DNA of 64,000 nt from Azolla caroliniana (Eukaryota > Plantae > Polypodiophyta): the NCBI GenBank assembly GCA_043228905.1, contig JBHGNT010000003.1, positions 9,052,001-9,116,000 on the forward strand, given 5' to 3'. Under the pieces are notes generated by a model. It saw nothing but the letters and a program-made list of their open reading frames with translations, was not told the DNA's origin and made no database searches. A program made the translations under genes and the position numbers. The stretch's first letter is position 1; each line of letters begins with the position of its first letter. This document shows, one piece after another, positions 1-13,209 of the stretch.

Positions 1-3000
1 AGAAGATAAAGGGTTATCTGTGTCTGACACAAAAAAAAGAGTTTGATAGGATGTATGGACACCTAAAGCCAGAAGAAAGAAATTCTTTGTCTTGGCAAAA
101 GGTTGCTTTATTTTTGCAGGCAGTTGACAAGAGATATAGAAAAGAATTGGAATTTATGCTTGAAGTGCCAAATACCGAGGATGGTATAACGACAGATTGG
201 AATGAGGTAACAAATGCGTGTAATAAATTTATGAAAAGAATGCAAAGGAATGGTGTAATGCTACAAATACCACATGTGGGAAACACAAATCGGCTTGAGC
301 AAAACATTGAAGTTCAAAGACTTGGTCGAGAACCATCACACGAAATGGTCCATCAACCACGAGAAATGACGGGAACTAAGAGTGAGTTTTTGCTTGATGA
401 TTTAGTTCAAAGTATGAAAGATCTAACAATTAAAGTGGAAAAGCTTGAGAATGGTCAGACTTCGAGGTCAAGGGAACCATTTCGACCTCGATGCATGTGG
501 TGTGATAGTCTCGAACATCGTCTACGTGATTGTGAAGAATATAAAGACATGGAGAATCGGGACTTGGTCTATTGGAAAAATGGTAACATTTACTTAACTG
601 AAACTAGAACTCCGCTTACAAAGAACTTTGGTGATGGTGGTGTTAAGGTTAAATTTGAAGAAGCTGAAGCAAAGAAGGCTTCCGCAATGTATTACTCAGT
701 AATGGCAGGAATGCGCCTCGATGACATGCCATCCCGATCATCATTCTGGGAGAAGGTTGTAAGTACCGCACAAAAGCAAAAGATGAAGATGGAAGACCTT
801 CGTGTTGCCGGAGATTCTGTGAGGAAAAACACTAGATGGGATGTTCCAGTAGATGTTATGACAGTCTATGCTCAGATGGTAGAACACCAAGAGCATGAGG
901 TGATAGTGGAAGAAAAAAGGAAAAGATCGGATGATGAGATTGGCTCAACCAAAAAGCATGAAACAAGAGAAAGAAAAAGAAAAGAGATGGACGCAAAAGT
1001 TGAAAAAGGTAAATCTGGTCCTTCATTCAAATTAATGTCTGATATTGAAAAGGATACAGATTTAAAGAAAGTTTTAGAAACAAGAATACTAGACAGTCGA
1101 GTAGAATTTACACTAAGAGAAGTGTTAGGTATTGCAAAAAAGGAATTTCATGATGAAATAATTGATATTGTGCGAAGAAAGAAGCAAGTAAATGAGCAGG
1201 TTAAAGAGACAAATCCGAAGGTGGCATATGAAGTGGTGAGCAACGAGTCAAACAATATCGTTGTTGACTCTCAACATGCATCAACCTCAATGATAAATTC
1301 AACAGATGTAAGAAGCCATTACTCTCGCAAATGTTGGGCAAGAGCCACTAATGAGCATCATGTGAAGATTGAAAATGTTCCAGACCCCGTGATGGCACTT
1401 ATTGATCATGGTTCTGAAATAAATATAATGAGTGCTGATTTTTACAGGAAAGGTAGATGGCCAATTGATACTCAACATGGTTGGCGAGTAAAAGCTGCCA
1501 CATCAGTCACGGAAGATTTATTTGGTCCATGCCCAAATGTAAAGGTTACTATTGGTGATATAGAGGTAGATCAACATTTCTTTGTGCAGGAAGGATCTAC
1601 CTATCCAATAATCCTGGGCCAACCATACATTACAGCGGTACGAATGGAGACCAAAGTCCTCGACAATGGTTCTACCTATGCGAAAATCCGTAGCCAAGAT
1701 GGATGACGAACTGTACAATTTATGACAGTTCGCCCAAATCATGAGAGGAACAAGCAAGAGCTTCGTGATCATTCAATACCAAAAGATTGTGATGATTTTG
1801 ATAATCAAGTTTTTGACTAGGACTGTTGCGAGTGAGGGTTGCAATAGTCCCATTATTAAAAGACCCTCATATAGGGCATTACAACATATGAATAAGTCAT
1901 TTCATGTTTCTGAAAGTGGTGCTATATGTGTGACTAGGATGTATGAATGCAAGAGGAACTTGAAAAAGAATGCTAATCTGTTTCAGCATGCATTGAAGGA
2001 TAATGGAGTACTCGAAATGGAAGAGCAGATTGAAAGTGTTATGGAGGAAATTTCTTTTGCAAATACTTTAGAAGAGTTAGAAATGTATTTGAAAGAAGAT
2101 GATGAGAATGTTAGAAAGATACATTTAAACTCAATTGATATGTATTATGAGATTGATAGGTATAATTGTAAATATGAAGAAGTAGAAAGTTTATGTAATA
2201 CAAAATACAAAACAATAGATAAAAAGGTGAAACCTGCTGCAGTACCATTACCTATTGGTAGTGAAGAGAAGATGGAGGTAGCAGCAACCGAGCCTATGCT
2301 TCGACCAATAGAGAAGATCGGACATCACTTCACTTCGGAGACAATAAATAACTTGAGAATCGGAAGGGGTGAATTTCTTCTACAATCAGAGATCTCGACT
2401 TTCAAAGAAATGATCTTTAGGCATGGGAAAGCATTCGCATTCAAAGTTGAGGAGATTGGTTGTGTAAATCCAAAGGTGGTGACGCCAATGGTAATATTTA
2501 CTATCCCTCATATTCCTTGGAATTTTAAACCTATTGCAGTATCGAGAGCTCGATTACCTCAATTGTTGGAGCTGCTGAAGGATAAAGTCAAGATGAAGAT
2601 TTTAGAGCCTTCAAATGCACCATACTCCAATAGATGGTTCACAGTTCCAAAGAAAGATGGTTCTCTAAGATTCATTCAAGATCTACAACCAGTCAACAAA
2701 GTCACAATCCGAAATGCGGGAATCGGACCGATCATTGATGAATTTGCGGAAGCGTTTGCTGGAAAGAGGATAAAAGTATTTAAGAAAAGGTTTGAGCTTG
2801 AACCTCCTCCAATAGATCAACATAAAGATGAAAGATAGTGGCACATGCCGGAGGATGTGCAGGTCTAGAGGGGGTGGATGTTGTGAAGTATGAAAGCTTC
2901 ACATTAAAAGTCTACAATAAGATAAATACGTAACTAAAATAACATTTGATAATGTTTTATATATAAAGATAATATTAACAACACATATGATAATATTAGA

Positions 3001-3052
3001 TATATATGTAAAGAAAACTAATATATATATATAGATAAATATATTATATTAC

Positions 3053-3125
3053 ACGAACAAGAGAGGACTTGAACCAATAACCCCACCCTATGACTCTCAA
3101 ATCTTACCATTTACTCTATACTAGT
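3053..3125 (-). other. tRNA-like Pol III cassette (A box and B box) within the LTR
   Basis: Minus strand TAGAGTAAATGG...GGTTCAAGTCC with tRNA-like spacing; stems degenerate. Confidence 0.5.
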
Positions 3126-3219
3126 AATATATATAAAATAAAACATACTTTATATATACTATATATTATATAAAGGATTTGCTTCATGATATAAAAATAA
3201 AGTTGTATGTTGTATTCAA

Positions 3220-3290
3220 TAGTATTTTGAGACTCAAACCCACAACCTCATACACCAAAGTCAACACACCTACCATTAGGCTAGGTCCTT
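3220..3290 (-). other. Second tRNA-like Pol III cassette within the LTR
   Basis: Minus strand TAGCCTAATGGTAGGT (D arm GCCT/AGGT)...GTGGG TTTGAGT CTCAA (T arm), same spacing as the first cassette, followed by a T run. Confidence 0.5.
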
Positions 3291-3997
3291 TCTCTTTAAG
3301 ATTATATTTTCATGTTTATTGTTATTGCATATATTGTTTCATACATAAAAGCTCAAATGAGCGAGATGTTTATCATGCATCACATGTAATGCATGAACAC
3401 CAAATGGCGATCATGCATCACATGCATGTCTTGTACCCTCCAATGCATCATATGCATGGGGGCACCTATTTAAAGGGTGAAAGAGGAGATCAAAGGGAGA
3501 TGGGTATGAGATATCAATCAAATATATATTACATAAGAGATATCATAAAATAGAGAAAGAAAAGAAGAAGTCAAGAAAAAGGTGGAGCTCTAGCTTGGCG
3601 GTCGTGGTGGTCAACTCTCAACAAGACGGAGGCGGTTCGAGCCTTATCTTCATCAAAATATTGAAGTGAAGATTGTAGTGGTCTACGATCAAGAAAGAGA
3701 AGAGCGATTACCTTGCAAGACAAAGTTCGGAGTATCAACGACGTGTACAATCATTTTGTAACTCTTTCATGAAAATGATTATAAATTTCATACACTTTCT
3801 CATATATTATTTTATATCTTATCTTGTCTTATCTTATATTCCTTAAAAATTCTATTTTGTCATATCTTATTGATCTCTATTCACTCCATCTCTACTCTTT
3901 CGTCTCTTCCGTCCATAATCCCAGTGATTCCTTCCTCACTTTCACGTTATCCTTTGTGTGCGCAACGCTACGCTTCTAGGCGAGCCACGTCACGACA

Positions 3998-4668
3998 CCG
4001 GTTTGGCCTTATCCAAGCCAAACCGGCTAAGCCTAAACCGTTTAGGGGTTTTCAAACCTGAACCAAACCAAACCAAACTAATCCCTAAACCAGTTTGGGC
4101 TAAACCAGTTTATGAACCGGCTTGGTAAACGGCTTGTAAACTGGTTTGTGAACTTCATAACACAATTCTATTACAATTTATCATTGAACTTCATAACACA
4201 ATTCCATTACAATTTATCATTGAACAATCCCCCTCCAATATGCTCTAAATGCAAAATGGTTACAAGGCTTAGAGAAAAACAACAAGAAAACGTAAAATGA
4301 GAAATGCAAGGCAAATTTAACTAATAGATAATTAAAGAAAAACAACGAGAAAAAATTGACTATTCCAAAAATTGATTGTCATAATTGTCCCAAGTCATAA
4401 TATTCCAAAAAAAAACACTTGTCCAAGTACAAGTATTCAATAACATCGTCCTCTACAATAATCTCTTCTAAATTGATATCTAAAGTATCATATGCATCAT
4501 TAATATCTTCAGGAATTGGAATATTTACACAATCAAGCAATAAACTATAGTAATTACTAATTAAATCACTTAGACGGCTTAAACGGCTTAGCTGGTTTGG
4601 CGAGGCTCAAGCCAAGCTCAAACCGTTAAGGCAGGCTCAAGCCTAAACCGAGCCGTTGCCGATCCCTA
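3998..4668. mobile_element. hAT-type non-autonomous element (TAGGG TIR family), left end cut off by the Gypsy insertion
   Basis: Right TIR GTTGCCGATCCCTA and AAACCGG/GCTAAGCC subterminal repeats match the intact copy at 13210-13573. Confidence 0.8.
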
Positions 4669-4992
4669 TTGTGACGCCATTTGGCTTCGGCGATTGCTGC
4701 GAGACCTCCAAATCGAGGTGCCGACCCCGATCATGATCTACTGTGACAACATTGCAACATACAGCTCACCAAGAACCCTGTATTCCATGCTCGAACAAAG
4801 CACATAGAAGTGCATTATCACATTGTTCGTGAGCAGGTCCTGAGTGGTGAAGTTGAACTTCGGTATGTTCACACGGATCGGCAGGTTGCCGACATCTTCA
4901 CCAAGCCGCTCAGATCAAACAAGTTGCAGCATTTCTTAGAGATGCTCGGTATTAAACATCTTGACATGCCGCACTTGAGGGGGAGAACATGA
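4669..4992 (+). mobile_element. Ty1/Copia RNase H remnant
   Basis: Translates to CDAIWLRRLLRDL...IYCDN...KNPVFHARTKHIEVHYH...QVADIFTKPL with a frameshift. Confidence 0.85.
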
Positions 4993-5639
4993 ACGGATGG
5001 CACCAAACAAGCAGCCGGTGAGGAAGAAAGAACCAAGGGGGGAGATGAGCAGATAAAGGAAGTCGAGCCGACTGAAGGAGTTGGCACATCCGAACAAGTC
5101 GGAGCAAGCGGCAGCGACGGCAAAGTCAAGAGGGACAGAGCCGACCAGAAGAAGGCCAAGACCCGGATGTGGTCCAATGTGGTCCAGCAACGGCGAAGCA
5201 ACCATACTCGGTCACCAACCTTAAAAGGAAACTTAAGACGATGTCGATTTGCATTGGTCTTATGGTGTGCTTGAGCTTTCTAAAGATGTGAAGATAACTT
5301 GAACTTGATTTGTTGTAGTCGGTGGAGGTGATGTGTCGCACTACGTTTCGTTACACCTCGGGAAGATCCAAGATACACATCGAGGGTAGTTGTCAGTGTA
5401 GGCAAAGAGAGGGGTAACTTTGGTAGAAGAGTGTGATGTGTTCCTGTATGAAAACTTGGCAAGATGTAAAATATTATTCCAATCATCTTGTTGATAACTG
5501 ATGAAGCATCGAAGATACTATTCAAGCGTTTGATTTGTGCGCTCTGTTAGTGTCCGTGAGTTTGTGGATGATAAGCTGAAGAGAGTATGCAGGAGATTTT
5601 GAGGCCTGCCCATAGGTGGTTCCAAACGTGAGAGATAAA

Positions 5640-8600
5640 TTGAGGACCACAATCACTAATTATATCATTCGGAAGACCATGATGGCAAAACACTTCATGC
5701 ATAATGAGATTTGTGGTTTCTTACCTACTAATGCTCTTTACACATGGCAAAAAATGTGCCATCTTGGTCAATCGATCCACTACTATTAAAATAGTATCAA
5801 AGCCTTTGGAAGGTGGCAGATCTATAATGAAATCCATAGAAATAGACTGCCATGGCTTGCTGGGAGCCGGTAATGGTTGTAGCAAGCCATAAGGATGATG
5901 CTTGGGTATTTTGGCACGACAGCAGGTGTCATATGTGCGAACGTAATCTTCGACAAATTTTGGCAAGTGAGGCCACCAAAATGAATGGTTCACCAACTCA
6001 ATGGTCTTGGCAATACCAAAATGTCCAGCCATAGGAGCATCATGGCAGTGTTCTAACCCTTGAAGTCGGGGTCATTCGTCAGGGACATTAAGGAGATTCT
6101 TGTAGAAGAGTAAGCCATCTTGCCACTCAAAGTCCTGATAGTGGTGAGATGACCCTTGCAATGTGGAGCAAGATGCATGGCTGGAACCAATGTGGGCTAA
6201 GATATCCTTAGCTAAATCATCAAAGTGAAGTTGTTGCTGAATAGTATCAAGAAGGCTTGAATCAAGCGGCATGGCATAAACTGTTGTTGCCTGTAGCTTT
6301 GACGGTCCGAGAAGAATCTATTTTTGATTATCGAAGGCCGGATCTCCAGGTCAAAGTGTCAGATATGAACATCGAGACAAAAGCATCTACTTTCCCTTGT
6401 TGTTTTCATGGGCGAAAAAGGATCTTGAAATCGAAACGAGCGAGAAATTGTGCCCATCGAGCTTGTCGCCTATTTAACACTCGAGTTGTGTGAAAATAAG
6501 AAACCCGGAAAATGTCATTTGCCATATGTTGAAAAACCGTGGGTGCATTTGTGAGCTCGAAAGGCATGACTGTATACTCGAAATGACCATACCGAGTGTG
6601 AAATGCAGTTTTCCACTCAACTCCCGGTCGAATTCAAACAAGATTATATGCACCCCTTAGATCAATTTTGGTAAAATGCTTTGCCCCACCCATGTGCTCT
6701 AAAAGACTGGAGATTAAAGGTAGAGCATGCCTATTTCGTATGGTGACTTTTTTAAGCCTCGATAGTCCACGACCAAACGAAGCGAGCCATCCTTTTTCTT
6801 CACAAAAAAGATAAGAGCATCAGTTGGAGAATTTGAATGTCGAATAAACCCATGTGTAAGATTCTCCTCGATGTATTCTCGAAGAACCTCAAGCTCAGTT
6901 GGTGATAGGTTGTAGATTGGACCCCACGGTGGCTCATTTATGTTGGGAATATGTCCCTCCAATGGGAGGATGATCCAATTGTTTGGAAAGCCGATAGTCG
7001 AAGAGTCGGAAAACAGGAGCCGAGTTGATGAGGAACTCGACCGAGGCCAAAACCGGAATTGTGTATATAGCCAACTCAGGTGACTATACTTGTAAATAGT
7101 CTAAGTGTGCGCCCCATGAGGGCTATGTATGTAAATAGCCGGAAAGTTGTGTAAGTATATATACAACTAGGGCAAACTTTATGTGATGTGCAGAAACAGT
7201 GTAAGAATAGAAGTTGTAGAACGAGAGTGTGTGTGTGTGTGAGTGAGCCGCGCCATAGTGGTGTGAGTAACAGCAGATGCGAAGAGCCCTATGCGGTTGA
7301 TACACTTGACAGAGTGTTGTAATCATCTCGGTGTTGTATATCCACTTTGTATAGTGAAGATTATGTTCACCCGTGGTTTTCCCCGTTTTAGGGTTTCCAC
7401 GTAAATCTCTGTGCACCATTGTTCATCTTGTCTATTCTAGTATTCGTGTGTGATTCGTATTTCAACGTTGTCTGTCTATTGTGATTTAAATTCCGCAATG
7501 ATTTCTCAACAATTTCCTGGTTGGAGATCAATGGGACAATCGTACGGCCGATGCTTTGGAAGTACACTACCTTTGACTTTGTTGAAAACATCAACATATT
7601 CTTGATATTTTTTGGGAATTTGGATGTCTGAATTCCCTTGAGTGGCACTAGAAGGTGACACTGATACTGCAAATAAGAAAAGTTCCTCATTTCCTCCCAC
7701 TTGGCATAATTGTTGCAATGTGATGGTTGAAATTTGATGGAAAGGAGATGGTGCATTGGTAGAACTACATTCTTTGAGAAAATAATCTTGGTATCCTTGG
7801 CAATGATGTTCTCTGATGAAGGACCCCAAATTTCTCGCCTCCTCCAATCGATTCTTGGGTTATGTAGCTCAAACCATGGCAAACCTAGGACAATTGGATG
7901 CTTGGGGCTACGGATTATGTTAAAGGAAACTACACATCCTAAATCACCTAAGAGCATGTGTATTCGCTCAGACTCTTTGAATATCTTCCCGGAAGCTATG
8001 GGACGTCCATCAATCACTACCACGGAAATTGGGCAAGAGAAGTGTATGCAAGGATATTTGGTGTTTTTAAGCAAAATCTTTATCCATGAAACAAGAATTG
8101 GCTCCGGTATCTAAGAGGACTTGGACCTAAAGTTGACAACTCGGTGTCCTAACTTGTAGTTGGGCCGAGAAGACTCTACTAACATACTTGGAAGAAATGG
8201 AACCCACACTAGGTTGTACAGATCTAGAGTTGTCCAACCAAATGGCTCCTATTTTGGCTGGACTTATTCGTTTGACTCCTCTTCTAATTGGCTTAGGACT
8301 TCAAACTTATTGGACGGGGGTGGATTATTTATAATATTAGAATCACTCATTGGCTACTTCTAAAATGTTGGACTCATTTTTATTGTCATAGTGAATTTGA
8401 TTTACCTAACGTCTTGGCATCTGGGAGCAATGAATGGCTATATGTCCTGGACCTCCACAATATAAGCACAGAAGGTTTGCTCGGCATTGTTGCTTCTCTT
8501 CGTCTGACAACGGTCCTCGTTGTTGGGTCATGTTGATCTCCATGGGTGTAGGACTATCTATTGGGATTGGACTACGTGTTTGCCTTGGAGTTAGAGCAGA

Positions 8601-9240
8601 GCTATATGTTTGCCTTGGAGATGATTGCGTCGTTACTGATGCATAAGTTGGTGTGAATCTTGATCTTGTTATTTGTTGTTGTCACTCACATGGACGCTTA
8701 AAAAGATGATTATCACACCATATTGCTCGACTAATAGCTTCTATAAGTGGTTTTGGATCCTTAGGGAATTTAAGAAGTAAGTCTTTGACATCACTACGAA
8801 GGCCGGAACGAAATTTCTCCATTAGGGCTTGTTCATCCCAAGGAATATCGCTTGCGGTGAGACGAAAATTGGTTGCATATGTTGATGCTGGCTGATCACC
8901 TTGACGTAGTGTACAAATCTTGTTGATTGTTGTTCTTGCCCTATTTGTATCTCCAAAGCAAGCCTTAAATTCTTTGATAAATTCCTCAAAGTTATTCAGT
9001 AGAGGAGAATTTGTCTCTAGTAATGGAGCAAACCACAACAACATTATGCCAATCAATAAGGTGCCTACTAACCCGAGTCGTGATGCATCTGTTGGATAAT
9101 GCATGGGGTGCATTTGAATTACTAATCATACTTTATTCAAGAAACCTCGAAAATGCACCCTCGATTCTTTACAATTTAGTTATCTCTTCCGCTGCACAAA
9201 ATCACACCCGATTCTTTACAATTTAGTTAGCTCATTTTCA
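5640..9240 (-). mobile_element. Degenerate Tcn1/Tf2-like Gypsy (gag, CCHC, protease, partial RT, RNase H end, integrase)
   Basis: Gag (LRQG...FRSGLRSDVKD), LCLYCGGPGHIA, protease (IVLGLPWFELHNPRIDW), RT (PPWGPIY...[19 protein letters not shown]), integrase (GHFG...PYGLLQPLP...PWQSISMDFI). Many stops and frameshifts; RT joins directly to the RNase H end. Confidence 0.88.
6941..7511 (+). mobile_element. Copia-type solo LTR inserted in the Gypsy pol
   Basis: TGTTGGGAA...TTCTCAACA, flanks ATTTA/ATTTC. Removing it rejoins [13 protein letters not shown]. Similar to the LTR at 54820-55387. Confidence 0.85.
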
Positions 9241-9540
9241 AGTCAATGTGAGAAGTAGGTCGATGCTACCTCATTCTCATTGGTGTTTGGCATGGAGCCT
9301 ATCATGACCTCGATTGAGTTTCAAGTGTCAAGTCTCTGACTGAGTATATTGATAGATGCGATCGAGCTTCACCTTCTTTGAGAATATTGTAATTCTTGAC
9401 TCAACCAAGAAAAAGAAGCTTAGTTCATGGAAGTTGAGACAAGTGAATGTAACTAGTGAGGTATGTCATATTGTGTTCAGATGGGGCCAGCATAACACCA
9501 TCCATGTTGATGTTCCCTTTGAGATCATTGCTTCCCTATG
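9240..9540 (+). mobile_element. Probable Gypsy integrase C-terminal relic
   Basis: Short frame reading FSLVFGMEPIMTSIEFQVSSL; heavily decayed. Confidence 0.4.
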
Positions 9541-10407
9541 CTTATGCATTATAAATTGTAAACCATCATCCCGACCTACCCTCCTATAGCCACTATACTC
9601 ACTTCATAGGCAGTCGGCCCCACCCTCATCCCCAACTATGAAGCTCACTAGCACCCTTCCTTAGTTAGATACTGTTACGGACATTACCATAATTTATCTT
9701 GTAGTAAGTTGCACTATAGTATTCTACAGATGAGGATATTTAAGTTTGAGGGTTAATCGAGAGTGTAAAGAAGAGATGACATGACCATAACAAATACACT
9801 TGTAGAAGATGAAGTCATCCTAGCCTATTGAGATATGAGTTCATTTTGGAATCCACTATCTCGTGTGTATGCCATGTGTTGGCTATCTGGGAGGTGTGTA
9901 CATAGTTAGAAGGCCATAGAATATAACAATAGGTATAGAATAGGAAGAACAAATGCTCTTTTAAAAGGGATTATATAACTTTAAGGTGAAAGTGATTGTT
10001 GGTCAATTGACCAACCTTTCGATAACTAAAGCCAATGGAGGGATGACAACTTGCCAACAGATGCAACATGTTAAATATAACCTTTCAGTAGATTAACTAG
10101 AATTTTCTTTTAGAGAATCAAAGGAGAAGCACACATGAGCCAAATTTCATGATAATGATATAAGAGGGGTTGATGGAACTATGCAAATGAACTCTAAACA
10201 TCTCACAAGGTGTAGCATTGCTAAATTTGATTTCTAGTTCTACCATTCCATTAATATTAAAAATATGAATAATGAGGATCTTTCCATTTTGTAATGATAT
10301 TTCTAGACTCTAGACATGTTGCTAATATTTGCCCCATAACTTTGATATATATGGAATTGTTTAATAAAGAAATGGGTTGTAATTATGCCAATATATTAAT
10401 AATTGTT

Positions 10408-11918
10408 TTTTTTTTTCAAAAAACTACTACTTCGCATTAGTTAGCAAATAGAATACAACAAAGTTTATCCAAATCCACAATGGGATCAACATATACAACT
10501 TGGAGAAACAACTCCAAAACTATCAACCAAAAACAGCAAAAAAAAACTCAACCGATCCTTAACTCAAGCAAAATTGAATTAAACCCTATTTTACCCCGAC
10601 TCTACAACTCCCTGACGCACGTTTGTGTCAGCTATACATACATAATTACAACCCATGTACAATATTGGGAGCCATTGGTGGAAACAGCCACCTAGGTGCT
10701 TGGTAATTCCACTTAGGCCTGGATGAAGATTTGACTACCATGGGAGAGCTACTCCATTTCAGCAAGAACTTTGACCTTGCCCTTTCTACTTCTTCTGAAT
10801 CCCCTTGAATCGAATCATACCAACCGCGCAACCAAGCCACAAGATCAAACCAGATATTTAACATCATCTCCCCGCATGAGATCTTTTGTTGCTGAAAAAC
10901 AACCTTACAACGCCTGATCCAGATGTGCCAGGCCGTCAAACAGGCCACCATAAGCCAAATCTCCTCAAAAATTTCAGAATTTGTGCCTGGTCTCACCCCA
11001 TCACATTGGAACACGCCACCGCCCTGCACTATAAATCCATGTTCTTGTGGGTTTAACCGTTCACCCCAACTTTCCCCTTTTAAGGACAACCCTTGTATTG
11101 AGCCCCACACAACGTTCCCTTTCACACCACAGGCTGCCACGATTCGAAGGCTTCTACTCCAAATGCTAATCGCCTCTGTACAATTCCAAAAACAGTGAGA
11201 GATTGATTCCAAAGCCTGTCCACATAACTTACAGCTAGCCTCACCACCACGGGAGCTCACCCACGCCTACAGGTATCGCCTTGTGGCTAAGAAGCCACCA
11301 CTAAGCCTTAATTTTTTCTGGCATATCCAATGCCCATAGTCTCCTCCAAAACAACTTCAAATCATCGTCTGAAATGCCTTTATCCTTCCAACTGTTGCGA
11401 ATCATTCCAACATCCACGGTTTTGGAGCCAACGATTCGTCTTCCTAGCTTGGTATTGTATTCAAAAAACTTTTTCAAGTTTTTTGTTCCTGGTGTCTGCC
11501 ACCAAACCTCCAATGGGTCCCACTCCAAATCATATAAGGGCTTATTATCGTAAAGCCATATTTTACACTCATGATCCAGTGTCTTAGGGTCTAGGTTCAA
11601 TTGCCACCACTTACCCTCCAACACTGCCACCCGCACTACCATCCACCTACCATCATCTGTCAAAGAACTTCAGTTACCCCACAAACGATCCTCACTAGTT
11701 GAGCACCTACCACGGATAAGTTGTGCGTCACCCTCACCTACAAACCAGCCCGACCAAACTGTCTCTTCCACAGGCAACTTATCCAATCCATCAACAACCC
11801 CATCTATCAGTTGGGTTACCTTCGCTAGTCTTCTAGTAATCCTACAATTAACAGTCTGACCCGTCCGCCTCTTCATGCTGAAAACCTCCCAATCGTGTAC
11901 TGACCGAATCTTGTAGGG
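10408..11918 (-). mobile_element. 5'-truncated L1-type LINE with poly(A) tail and 18-bp TSD
   Basis: Poly(T) at the left end; AATATATTAATAATTGTT at 10390-10407 and 11919-11936; zf-RVT-like CKLCGQALESISHCFWNC and WHIWIRRC. Confidence 0.88.
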
Positions 11919-12539
11919 AATATATTAATAATTGTTGATTGACTTTGTTTTGAATATAAGAAATGTGGTTTATTTATTCAAACCCTTTTGCGATTGAATA
12001 TTAGTATTAATGTGAATGTAATAATTGTGAAAAAAATGACATGGTGATATTGTCTCTTTATGATCCCATTACCATAAACAAATTCCTTCAACATCCACCA
12101 ATATTTTAGCTTTACCAACCCTCTTATGATAATTCACATACCCCTTGTGCTCTGACAATTGATGAACAAAGTAATGGACAATAAATGATTTAGCTACAGG
12201 AATTTCCAAACATGCCTTCATTCGATACATGAACTAAGGCTTAAGAGGACTAAGAACAAATTTATCCACATCTTTCCCTTTCCCAAAATTGGAGAGGATA
12301 AATAACTTATAAACACCTACAAATTTTAGGGTGCATATTGTTCACAAATATGGAGCCCATTACACCTTGGTTAAGTTTTACTATGTTGAATTGTTAGAAA
12401 ATTTACAAAGACCTATGTAATATGATTCTATTTCCTAATCATTACACACTCACAAATCTCAATTTTCAAGAGTTTTAAGAAACATTAATATCTTGATATA
12501 ACATGTCATTGATTCTCCCAAGTATTGTGAACTCCAATG

Positions 12540-12859
12540 AAAAAATGCTTCAAATTGTGAATTTTTCTATTCAATAGATATGAAACTCAAGATGGATAGC
12601 CTCAACGACAACCATTTTTTGTTTAAATGTTGCTCATTTACAACCTGATTGTTGTTCATTCTCCGAAGCATTTGAACCCCTACAAAAAATATGCTTTAAA
12701 CTATCAATTATTGTCGTATTCAATAGATGTGCTCCTATCGAGGTGGATATTTCAAGTCTAACGACAACCATTTTTGTATAAATGTACCAAATTTACAACC
12801 TCATTGTTCCCATTTCCCAAGTCTTGCAAATGTCTATGAGGATTAAATATACTTCAACC
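12540..12859. repeat. Degenerate tandem repeat of about 160 bp, interrupted by the hAT element and resuming at 15172
   Basis: Recurring TATTCAATAGAT...ACGACAACCATTTTTGT.TAAATG...TTTACAACCT motifs. Confidence 0.55.
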
Positions 12860-13209
12860 TAGGAGTCGGCAATTGTTTGACTATAGCCTAAACCAAGTAG
12901 TTTAACCATCATTAAATAGTTTGGTAGTTCAGATAAACCTTGAGGTTTCTTAATTGGTTTGAGCTCAGTTTGGAGCAACTAGAGCCCTACTTAATCGGCT
13001 CAAATCGTTAAGCCAACTAAGTTATTAAAATATATTTTCCAATTAATAGAGAGAGAGAATGGCAACTCACTGTCCCAAGAACTACGAAAGAGAGAAAGAT
13101 AGCATATCTCTACATTTCCCTAGAGAGAGAGAGAGAGAAATATTAACGTCTTCTAAGACCAAAATTAGCCCATGAGACAATTGGTTTACAATAAAAATGG
13201 GATACTTAC

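Larger units (their letters stand above)
1..3997 (+). mobile_element. Ty3/Gypsy LTR retrotransposon (DUF4100-like lineage), internally deleted, 5' part outside the window
   Basis: Gag with CMWCDSLEHRLRDC knuckle and protease ALIDHGSEINIMS (51-1820, in-frame TGA at 1704). RT N-terminus HIPW...YSNRWFTVPKKDGSLRFIQDLQPVN breaks off near 2765. PPT AGAGGGGGTGGA precedes a 3' LTR at 2879-3997. Confidence 0.88.
2879..3997 (+). repeat. 3' LTR of the Gypsy element
   Basis: Starts TGTTGTG directly after the PPT and ends CACGACA, the same termini as the LTR at 56264/62469. Confidence 0.75.

Noticed and set aside
3053-3290. Functional tRNA genes
   Set aside because: Acceptor and anticodon stems do not pair; kept only as tRNA-like cassettes.
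3179-3553. 124-aa His/Met-rich ORF
   Set aside because: Lies within the LTR, starts at TTG and arises from CATG-rich repeats.
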